Of a stretch of 59,633 nucleotides of DNA, positions 41,177-49,172 are shown in pieces. Position numbers and translations under genes: made by a program. Source of the stretch: an uncultured virus (IMG/VR IMGVR_UViG_3300022752_000028) (lineage: Duplodnaviria > Heunggongvirae > Uroviricota > Caudoviricetes). The DNA is taken from IMG/VR virus record IMGVR_UViG_3300022752_000028; one strand, written 5' to 3'. The notes under the pieces are model-generated. The model was not told the origin of the DNA. It did not search any database and saw nothing but the letters and a program-made list of their open reading frames with translations. Numbering within the stretch: the stretch's first letter is position 1; every line of letters starts with the position of its first letter.

Positions 41177-43519
41177 ATGTCATTCATCAAGCTGCAGCCT
41201 GAGAACTTCGACACGTTCTCTCTCACACTGCGGCCTCGCGCCGAGTTTGTGTCGTCTTCAAGCGGGATCACAGGATCAGTTCGGTTGATAGAACGGCCGA
41301 GTGCCTATCTTAAGGAAGAAATTTCTGCAGGAGAGCGAGGGACAGCTACGTTTAGAGAAGCACCCGACCTCCCAGATTTTGTGGAAGCCATTAGAAATTT
41401 AATGATCACAGAAGAAGATCGGCGTGGTCCTTTATCAAGTTATTACATGCTGATAGTGAATGCTCTTGCGCAAAATCAGAAAAATAACATTGTCATTCCT
41501 ATCCAGCGTATAACACAGTCGATTGAATTTGATCGCAACTCATTCACTAAAAGTAACATCAAGAATGTACTGATGCCCCAGTACCGCTCTGTCTACACAG
41601 ATTGTGATTACTCTTACAAGAATTATCACACGATCAACTTCTTCACAGCATCGACGGTTCCTAGTGACAGCGCAATCATCTACCCAAATATAGATGACCA
41701 ATACACATTGACAGATGCTTTTAGCTTTGATTTTTACATCAATCCTCGGTATTTAGCAGACGCAGGTACTAGCTTTAATGCAGGTGCTATTCTGCACATG
41801 TCGTCATCAATTTGTGTGTCACTACACACAGGATCGCACAAGAACGCAGACGGTCAAGTTGATCAATTTCGTCTTGCAGTAGGCTTTAAGCACAGCGCAA
41901 ATGAGACACCTAACAGCATTGATGTTACACAGGTAAATGGATCAAGATCATATCCACAAGATTTAATCTACGTCAGCGATGATAATCTCTTAAAGCATAA
42001 CAACTGGCATCATGTTTCAATTCGTTGGGGCGCATCATACAACAACGGATCAGGATCTTTCACAATTGATGCTACGACATCTTCTTTCTACTACCCAAGC
42101 AGCTCAATTGTAGGAAGCCAGAAACCTGACGTTCTCATCTTGGGAAATCAGTATGTTGGAAGTGATACGACGGCAAAGTTCTTCAACAGCGTAGTTGCTA
42201 ACACAGCAACAGGTGAAGGTGTAACGCAACTCGACGCAGGCACAAGCGACCCAACAGGTTTCACGTTTTCAAGCCCGCTCAATGCCGAAATACATGATGT
42301 AAAGCTCTTCAATAGAGTTTTGACAAATAATGAAGTAAGTAACTTTAGAAACAACGCAAATGATGCCGACACAAACGGCTTAATATTCTACGTCCCACCA
42401 ATCTTTACAAATTGTGCAACTAAGTTTCAGAGAGACTTTATAACACCTGTAGGTAAAGCACCGGTAAGGTACCCTACGACACCTTACAATGTCAATCTTG
42501 CAGCAAGCACACAAGTATTTAGTCCTAACTTACAAAATTTCTTGTTTGATATAAAAAACTATAGTGCTCCGCGCCTGTATAAGCTCACGTCGTCTGTAGA
42601 GGCTTACGTGGGTGTAAAGTACGCCGTTGATCACATGTTTAGACAGCCGGAATTTATAAAGAGAGCCTACACGATACTCCCAAATGATAACGGTCTCTTT
42701 TTACCAAATTTCCAGCTAGTACCAACAAGTTCGGTAATCTCAGAATACAACCCTTATAGTGATATCTTTTCTAATATCGATAAAACGTCGATAAGCTTAC
42801 TCAATATTGATACGACAAGCATGTCTAGATCAGGTGGCTCAGGCTCTGTACAACCCCTTTCAGCAGGTGAGACTCAATTTTATCTGACGCCGGAAGACTA
42901 TAACACTACAGCAATTCTTACTGCAGGTAACTCAACAACACTTTTCTCATTCACTACAACATCATCATTTGCTGATAGATCAAGCAACCTGTCGACGATC
43001 TACCAGGTTAGCAATCTCTACTACGGTAATCAGATCTTCCCACAGACATTTACTTTGTCATCAACATCTCTGACAGGCTCGGGTGATAAGATCAATATCA
43101 CGCTTAAGGACAATGGATTCGGTGGACTTTACCGCGCAGACGCAGTCACACCTCCACCTACGTGGGCAACTGTAGGTAACCTCTTCTATGACGAAGGGCT
43201 TGCAATCATCAAGTCGCCTCACCTCTACTACTTCGGCAAGGATAATTTCTCTGTCTCGTTCAATGGGTCGCAGAATATCCACACATATACCATCGATGCT
43301 ATCTGTCCAGCTGGAGAGATCAACTCATCATCTAATCCGAGTTACCTATCATTCCCGCCCACAAATGAACAGAATGAAACGGCAGATAACTTCGTGTACA
43401 TCACGGGCATCAATATTCACGACGACAACTTCAACGTTATTATGAGAGCGAACCTGGCGCAACCAGTGCTCAAGAGGCCCGATGAAGAGTTTCTCTTTAG
43501 AATTAAGTACGACATGTGA
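41177..43519 (+). CDS. LamG-containing structural protein, C-terminally paralogous to 39966-41162
   Basis: NNWHHVSIRW and AEIHDVKLFNRVLT are LamG-like. VGNLFYDEG, EINSSSNPSY and YITGINIHDDNFNVIMRANLAQPVLK...FRIKYDM match the neighbour. Confidence 0.65.
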   Translation: MSFIKLQPENFDTFSLTLRPRAEFVSSSSGITGSVRLIERPSAYLKEEISAGERGTATFREAPDLPDFVEAIRNLMITEEDRRGPLSSYYMLIVNALAQNQKNNIVIPIQRITQSIEFDRNSFTKSNIKNVLMPQYRSVYTDCDYSYKNYHTINFFTASTVPSDSAIIYPNIDDQYTLTDAFSFDFYINPRYLADAGTSFNAGAILHMSSSICVSLHTGSHKNADGQVDQFRLAVGFKHSANETPNSIDVTQVNGSRSYPQDLIYVSDDNLLKHNNWHHVSIRWGASYNNGSGSFTIDATTSSFYYPSSSIVGSQKPDVLILGNQYVGSDTTAKFFNSVVANTATGEGVTQLDAGTSDPTGFTFSSPLNAEIHDVKLFNRVLTNNEVSNFRNNANDADTNGLIFYVPPIFTNCATKFQRDFITPVGKAPVRYPTTPYNVNLAASTQVFSPNLQNFLFDIKNYSAPRLYKLTSSVEAYVGVKYAVDHMFRQPEFIKRAYTILPNDNGLFLPNFQLVPTSSVISEYNPYSDIFSNIDKTSISLLNIDTTSMSRSGGSGSVQPLSAGETQFYLTPEDYNTTAILTAGNSTTLFSFTTTSSFADRSSNLSTIYQVSNLYYGNQIFPQTFTLSSTSLTGSGDKINITLKDNGFGGLYRADAVTPPPTWATVGNLFYDEGLAIIKSPHLYYFGKDNFSVSFNGSQNIHTYTIDAICPAGEINSSSNPSYLSFPPTNEQNETADNFVYITGINIHDDNFNVIMRANLAQPVLKRPDEEFLFRIKYDM

Positions 43520-44042
43520 TACGATCCTTGGCCTCGACATCTCGACGTCATGCACAGGTTATGCGATTGTGACGTCAGATGTCGGCAGGGTAGTTGAGGT
43601 AGGAAATTTTAAGCTTGACAAGTTTGACGACTTCTTCGATAAGTGTGATGCATATAGGACTGCGCTCGCAGCAGTTTTTGCAAGACATGTGGGCATCAAG
43701 AAGATCTGCATCGAGGAGAACTTGCAAGCATTCCGTCCTGGCATGTCGTCTGCTAAGACGATCAACACACTCGCGCGATTTAATGGTGCTGCGTCTCTGA
43801 TCGCTTACGAAGTCTGCAAGACAAAGCCCGTCTTCCTCAATGCCACGTCAGCAAGGTCGAAGCTGGGTATCAAGCTTGACCGAAAGTCAGACGTGTCCAC
43901 GAAGCAGCAGATCTTCGAGTTCGTCAAACCTCAAATTGACATTGAGTGGCCGACCACAAAGACGGGTGGCACTCAGACATCGTGTTATGATATGGCAGAT
44001 GCATATGTGCTAGCTCGCGCAGGCTGGTTGAACAAAGAGTAG
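43482..44042 (+). CDS. RuvC-like Holliday junction resolvase
   Basis: ILGLDISTSCTGYA, ICIEE, L..FNG, K...F and DMADAY catalytic motifs. The start is uncertain (38-nt overlap with the upstream gene). Confidence 0.85.
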   Translation: MKSFSLELSTTCDTILGLDISTSCTGYAIVTSDVGRVVEVGNFKLDKFDDFFDKCDAYRTALAAVFARHVGIKKICIEENLQAFRPGMSSAKTINTLARFNGAASLIAYEVCKTKPVFLNATSARSKLGIKLDRKSDVSTKQQIFEFVKPQIDIEWPTTKTGGTQTSCYDMADAYVLARAGWLNKE

Positions 44043-44065
44043 ACGTATCTTACTATTAAGATATG
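44028..44065 (+). promoter_or_regulatory. Sigma70-like promoter with overlapping hairpin; leaderless primase start
   Basis: TTGAAC(44028)-N17-TACTAT(44051), 6 nt before the ATG at 44063. TATCTTA-ctat-TAAGATA inverted repeat at 44046-44063. Confidence 0.55.
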
Positions 44066-45025
44066 ACGACTGTCACTTCGACCGAGAAGATAAGATTTCT
44101 ACGTGGTATCTTTCGTGACATCCAAGTTTCACGAGATGGAAATGACTGCGCTGTTTCGTGTCCAAATTGCAAGACACCTGACAAGAAGAAACTGTCGATC
44201 AACGTTGAGACGTGGAAGTACCACTGCTGGGTGTGTGGTGTCAAAGGTGGAAATCTTCGATCGCTCTTTAAGCAGTACTACTCGCCCGAAGTTGTTGTCG
44301 CTTTTAGAGAGCGTTTCGGCATTAGTGACGATGACGCTGCTGAGGTTCCTGCCGTAGAGGTTGTGACGCTGCCTGACGGTTTGCAGCCCGTTGCGCTTGT
44401 AGCAAACTCTAAGAACCCTAATTTCAGAGCGACATACAACTATCTGATGCGTCGCGGCCTAACTGAGCGCGACCTGTGGTATTGGAAGATGTGTGTCAGC
44501 AGTGAGAACAGCTTTACAAGGCGCGTCATCATACCCTCGTTTGACGCAGATGGTGATCTCAACTACTACGTCTCGCGTTCGATTGACAAGGACACAAAAC
44601 CTCGCTACGTCAATTCAAAAGCAAACAAGACAGAGATCATCTTCAACGATCTGATGGTTGATTGGTCAAAGCCCGTCGTGATCGTCGAGGGCGTCTTTGA
44701 TGCGATCAACGTTGGTCAGAATGCAATCCCAATACTTGGATCGTATCTACCGCAATCGGCAGCACTTTTTGCCAAGATTGTGGCAAATAACATACCGGTG
44801 ACGTTGGCACTCGACCCGGACGTTGAGGATAAGATGCACAAGATTGCAGGTGATCTGTACAAGTTCGGCGTCGATGTCCGTCAAGCAGACATCACAGGTT
44901 TTAAAGACATTGGTGAGATGCCGCGTGACGTTGCTAAGCAGCGTATAACAGATGCAAAAGTGTGGTATCCAAAGATCAGCATGCTGCACAAAATTAGCAA
45001 GATATCAAGTGGATCTATTCTATAG
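44063..45025 (+). CDS. DNA primase (Zn ribbon plus TOPRIM)
   Basis: CPNC...HCWVC, YL..RG, RVIIPS, Y.NS, IVEGVFDA, LDPD and KDIGE motifs. Confidence 0.9.
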   Translation: MTTVTSTEKIRFLRGIFRDIQVSRDGNDCAVSCPNCKTPDKKKLSINVETWKYHCWVCGVKGGNLRSLFKQYYSPEVVVAFRERFGISDDDAAEVPAVEVVTLPDGLQPVALVANSKNPNFRATYNYLMRRGLTERDLWYWKMCVSSENSFTRRVIIPSFDADGDLNYYVSRSIDKDTKPRYVNSKANKTEIIFNDLMVDWSKPVVIVEGVFDAINVGQNAIPILGSYLPQSAALFAKIVANNIPVTLALDPDVEDKMHKIAGDLYKFGVDVRQADITGFKDIGEMPRDVAKQRITDAKVWYPKISMLHKISKISSGSIL

Positions 45026-45028
45026 CAG

Positions 45029-45035
45029 ATATTTA
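45029..45035 (+). promoter_or_regulatory. Putative late promoter ATATTTA
   Basis: Intergenic, 5 nt before the ATG at 45041, with no SD. Confidence 0.5.
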
Positions 45036-45040
45036 ACTGC

Positions 45041-45400
45041 ATGCCTAGTAATCTAAAACTTCGTCGCTTCATTCTCAAAGAGATGGCCGATGTGCTCGCA
45101 GATGATGCACTCTTCACAAAGCAGACCCCACAAGACGACTCACCTGTTGGTGACGTGGACGACGAGACCGTAGATGAGGGCGGCGACTGCGGTTGTGGTT
45201 GCGGTGGAGCACCGGGAGGCTGCGGCGGCAAGAAGAGCGGAACAATAACAGCAACTGCGCTCTTCAAGAGAAGCCTCTATGAGATCATCGAGGATGCGAT
45301 CGGTGTGTATGACAAGTACGACGATGCTGACCAGATAAGCGACGAGATGATCGCTGAGATTGAGCACTTCAGTAACAAGCTCAAGGCCTTTAGGAACTAA
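45041..45400 (+). CDS. Small acidic protein with a CGCGC-x6-C motif
   Basis: N-terminus LRRFILKE; internal GGDCGCGCGGAPGGCGGKK. Confidence 0.65.
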   Translation: MPSNLKLRRFILKEMADVLADDALFTKQTPQDDSPVGDVDDETVDEGGDCGCGCGGAPGGCGGKKSGTITATALFKRSLYEIIEDAIGVYDKYDDADQISDEMIAEIEHFSNKLKAFRN

Positions 45401-45438
45401 AATATAAATCTAGTGTTTTGTGTCTAAGATTAGAACAT

Positions 45439-48400
45439 ATGAAAGCGTTCCATATCTCAGACATCCATTTTAGAGGCCTTTCTCGACATGACGAGTATAG
45501 GAAGTGTTTCACTAGATTGTTCGACATCGCTCGAAAGGAGAAGCCTGATGTCTTCTTCGTCGGTGGTGACATCGTTCACTCCAAGACACAAGGTATCACA
45601 CCAGAGTTAATTGATATTTTAACCTGGTGCTTCGAGACAATGGCAGAGATCGCACCTGTCCATATGATCTTAGGCAATCACGACGGCCTCATCCACAACA
45701 AGAGCCGTCAAGATGCGATCACTCCCATCATCAACGCGCTGGGCAACAAGCGTATCTACTTGTACAAGAAGTCAGGTGTCTATCCTACAGGCTTGCCTGG
45801 CATCAACTGGTGCGTCTTTTCTTGCTTTGATGAAGAAGGATGGGATGATGTCAAGCCTGTCAAGGGTGAGATTAACATCGCGTGCTTCCACGGTGCCGTT
45901 CGTGGGTCATCGACTGACTCCGACTGGAAGATCAACGGTGAAGTGACAGCAAGCTTCTTTGATGAGTTTGACTACACTTTCTTGGGCGACATCCACAAGC
46001 GTCAAAATGTCACGGGTAACGGCGTCATCTCCTATCCTGGCTCGTTTATCCAGCAGGATTACGGTGAGGATGTCATCAAGGGCTGCCTGCTGTGGGACAT
46101 TAAGTCAGCAGTTGATTACAGCTGTAAGTTCATCCACATCATCAACGACTCACCGTTTGTAACAATCGGTTACCGTGGTGATCTTGATGAAACTTACCAG
46201 ATGATCGACAGTGCTCCTACGGGTGCACGTGTCCGCATTGGCTCCGATGTTCCGGTGCCACCTACAACGCTGCACCTCATTGAATCGAAGCTGCAAGCTG
46301 AGAAGTCACCTAAAGAGATTGTTTATAAGATCGCAGATCTAGACGCTGGCAAAAGCCTGGCAAAGACAAGCGGAACACCCGTCACAGATCTCAGGCAGCC
46401 TAGCACAATTAAAGAGTTGATCCGTGACTTCTACAGCGACTCAGCGTTGCCAAAAGACAAGTTTGAGCGTGTTGACGCGATCGTCGACAGGTACATGAAG
46501 TCACTTGATTTAGGTGGCGATGAGGATCGAAACTACAGCTGGTCACTTGACAAGCTGGCTTTTAGGAACACGTTTGCATTCCGCGGTGATAACGAGATTG
46601 ACTTTACCAAGTCATCTGGCATCACAGGCATCTTTGGCAAGAACCGTGCTGGAAAGTCATCCATCATTGGCAGCCTTGTCTACTGTCTCTTCAACACCTC
46701 AGATAGAGGATCGCTTAAGAACCTCCACATCATCAATGATAAGGAGGACACATGTGATGCTGAAGCAGACATTACAGTCAAGGGTGACAAGTACAAGATT
46801 TCTCGCAGAACTAAGAAGACGGTCAATAAGAAGGGTGACGTCAACGTCAACACGACGTTGGGCATCACTAAACTCGACACTGACATGCAGCTAAGCGACG
46901 TCTCAGATGAACAGCGTCGCGAGACAGAGAAAGTGCTGCGTCAGCTAATTGGAACTGCAGATGACTTCTTCATGACATCGCTTGCAGCTCAAGGAAACCT
47001 CAATAAGTTCTTTGAGGAGAAGTCGACCGCACGCAAGCAGATCATTGGAAAGTTTCTTAATCTTGACATCTTTGACGCACTTTATGAGCGGTCACGAGAG
47101 GATCTTGTACCTCTCCGTGCCTCGTTTAGAGGTCGCCGAGACAAGCAGCAGATTGATGCAAAAATTGCTGATGCTGTAAAGATGCTTGCAGTTGAGAGAG
47201 AGAAAACTTCTGAACTTGACAATGCACACAGTGATCTTACTAGGAAGTTAGCAGATCTACGTGTCATTATCAATGGTGATACATCAGTCGAGGCAGCTGT
47301 CAAGCTGCGTGAACTCGAGCAGCGCAGGGATCGTCTTGCTGAGAAGCATAAGGAGTATACAACTCAAATTGAAGATGCCTCCGCACTGCGCTCTAAGCAT
47401 ACAGTTCGCCTTGAGAAGTTCAGTGCACTGAAGGAAAAGTTTCCTATTGATGAACTTCGACAGAAAGTTCAATCACAAAGGTCATTAGAGACAAAGCTTG
47501 AAGCTGCGAATAGAGAGCTGCAACAGCACCTTAAATCTCTAGGAAGGCTGAATGAAGATGTTGGAATTCTATCAACAGTTCCATGCGGTGACGAATTTCC
47601 AACTTGTCCATTCATCAAGAAGGCGTTTGAGAGCAAGTCAAAGATTGGCCAGGAGCAGCTAGAAGTTGAAGAGCAGCGGAAGTACATCAAGCAGCTTCAA
47701 GCTAATATTAACGAAATAGCCGAGCAAAATCTTGACGAAAAGGTCAAGAAATACGACGTAATGCTCCAGGAAGAGAGAACACTCCAGTTTGATGTTAGCA
47801 AGCTTGATATGAAGATCGAGCATGCAGCGGCATCACTTAAAACTGTCAATGGAGATCTTGCTACATGTAATCTTGAGATCGATCGTCTAAGTGCGGTAGT
47901 CAACGACTCAGACAACCTATGCGGTGTCTATGACAGCATCAAGGAAGTAGAAGAAGAGCTTGAGAAGACGCGTAAATTGCAGCTCACAAATGCAAAGAAC
48001 GTCGGTGCTCATGAGACATCGATCACAACGCTCCAGAGTGAGAAGGAGACGCTTGAGCGAGATCTTGCTGACCTCGAGATCTTTGAGTTGTTCAACGTCG
48101 CCATGTCAAAGAAGGGCCTCCCTTCTCGCCTAATCTCTAAGCTACTTCCTCTTGTCAATGCTGAGATCCAGAACATTCTACTCGGTGTCTGCAATTTCAC
48201 AGTCGAGCTTGAGGTTGATGAGGAGTCGAACTCACTTGAAGTTTACATTAACTACGGTGACAAGCGACGGATAATTGAGCTAGGATCGGGAATGGAAAAG
48301 ATGATCTCTGCAATTGCGACAAGAGTTGCTCTCATCAATATGTCATCTTTGCCTAAATCCAACATCTTCATCATTGACGAGGGGTTTGGCGCACTTGATG

Positions 48401-48558
48401 ACACCAATCTTGAAGCATGCTCGCGCCTGCTGCGGTCGCTGAAGAAGCACTTCAACCAGATCCTCATCATCTCACACGTAGATGCAATCAAGGATGCAGT
48501 TGACAACTTTGTTGAGATCAACTGGATCGACGGAGGCGCAAGTGTCAGATACTCCTGA
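45439..48558 (+). CDS. Fused Mre11/SbcD (gp47) nuclease and Rad50/SbcC (gp46) ATPase
   Basis: Metallophosphoesterase motifs SDIH, GGD, GNHD, FHG and LGDIH, then Walker A GKNRAGKS, Q-loop AAQG, coiled coil, GSGME signature, IIDEGFGALD and ISH. No internal stop. Confidence 0.93.
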   Translation: MKAFHISDIHFRGLSRHDEYRKCFTRLFDIARKEKPDVFFVGGDIVHSKTQGITPELIDILTWCFETMAEIAPVHMILGNHDGLIHNKSRQDAITPIINALGNKRIYLYKKSGVYPTGLPGINWCVFSCFDEEGWDDVKPVKGEINIACFHGAVRGSSTDSDWKINGEVTASFFDEFDYTFLGDIHKRQNVTGNGVISYPGSFIQQDYGEDVIKGCLLWDIKSAVDYSCKFIHIINDSPFVTIGYRGDLDETYQMIDSAPTGARVRIGSDVPVPPTTLHLIESKLQAEKSPKEIVYKIADLDAGKSLAKTSGTPVTDLRQPSTIKELIRDFYSDSALPKDKFERVDAIVDRYMKSLDLGGDEDRNYSWSLDKLAFRNTFAFRGDNEIDFTKSSGITGIFGKNRAGKSSIIGSLVYCLFNTSDRGSLKNLHIINDKEDTCDAEADITVKGDKYKISRRTKKTVNKKGDVNVNTTLGITKLDTDMQLSDVSDEQRRETEKVLRQLIGTADDFFMTSLAAQGNLNKFFEEKSTARKQIIGKFLNLDIFDALYERSREDLVPLRASFRGRRDKQQIDAKIADAVKMLAVEREKTSELDNAHSDLTRKLADLRVIINGDTSVEAAVKLRELEQRRDRLAEKHKEYTTQIEDASALRSKHTVRLEKFSALKEKFPIDELRQKVQSQRSLETKLEAANRELQQHLKSLGRLNEDVGILSTVPCGDEFPTCPFIKKAFESKSKIGQEQLEVEEQRKYIKQLQANINEIAEQNLDEKVKKYDVMLQEERTLQFDVSKLDMKIEHAAASLKTVNGDLATCNLEIDRLSAVVNDSDNLCGVYDSIKEVEEELEKTRKLQLTNAKNVGAHETSITTLQSEKETLERDLADLEIFELFNVAMSKKGLPSRLISKLLPLVNAEIQNILLGVCNFTVELEVDEESNSLEVYINYGDKRRIIELGSGMEKMISAIATRVALINMSSLPKSNIFIIDEGFGALDDTNLEACSRLLRSLKKHFNQILIISHVDAIKDAVDNFVEINWIDGGASVRYS

Positions 48559-48784
48559 TGTCACTCCGCTATTCTGTCTTGTCTGTGAGACAGTGATGGT
48601 TGGGCAAGATGATGTTGACTACCATAGGCTGTTTCAGTGCTGCACGGAGTGTGGCATGAAGTGGGCCGAGACGAACCGCGCACAATGGTTGATAGGTTGG
48701 CGTCCTAACAGAGATGAAGTGGATGCTGAAATTATTAATAGAAGATCGCACATACTTAACGAAATAGATATACTAAGAGGATAG
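48542..48784 (+). CDS. Small Cys-rich (CxxC...CxxC) protein
   Basis: FCLVC...CCTEC; GTG at 48542 preceded by GGAGG. Confidence 0.65.
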   Translation: MSDTPDVTPLFCLVCETVMVGQDDVDYHRLFQCCTECGMKWAETNRAQWLIGWRPNRDEVDAEIINRRSHILNEIDILRG

Positions 48785-48788
48785 TCGC

Positions 48789-49172
48789 ATGCTTTCAATG
48801 CAACAAGTAAATACACTCGGGCAGCTTATCGACACAACTTTCGGTAAAAGCTCAACAACAACTGCACCGACGGTGTCAATAAAGATGACGCTCCAGGGCA
48901 ACTCTCTCATCGTTAAGTACACAACGCTGGTTCACTTTGCTTCCGAGCAATCCATGAGAGAGCAGTCAAAAGAGCTGGAGCGCGCTGCAGTTCAGCTTAC
49001 TAAGAAGTCGATTGATCAAGTTGAGAAAGATTTCAAGAGAATTGAAGGTAAGACACTCAATCTCAAGAAGAAGACAACTGACAACGGCATCGAGCTGATC
49101 AGCATGTCACCTTACAATCCACGTAAAGTTGCATACTATAGATTTAATACGACATATGAAATCGATGTATGA
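48789..49172 (+). CDS. Hypothetical protein coupled to the terminase gene
   Basis: GAGGA SD, ATACTTA at 48752, and an ATGA overlap with terL. Confidence 0.65.
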   Translation: MLSMQQVNTLGQLIDTTFGKSSTTTAPTVSIKMTLQGNSLIVKYTTLVHFASEQSMREQSKELERAAVQLTKKSIDQVEKDFKRIEGKTLNLKKKTTDNGIELISMSPYNPRKVAYYRFNTTYEIDV

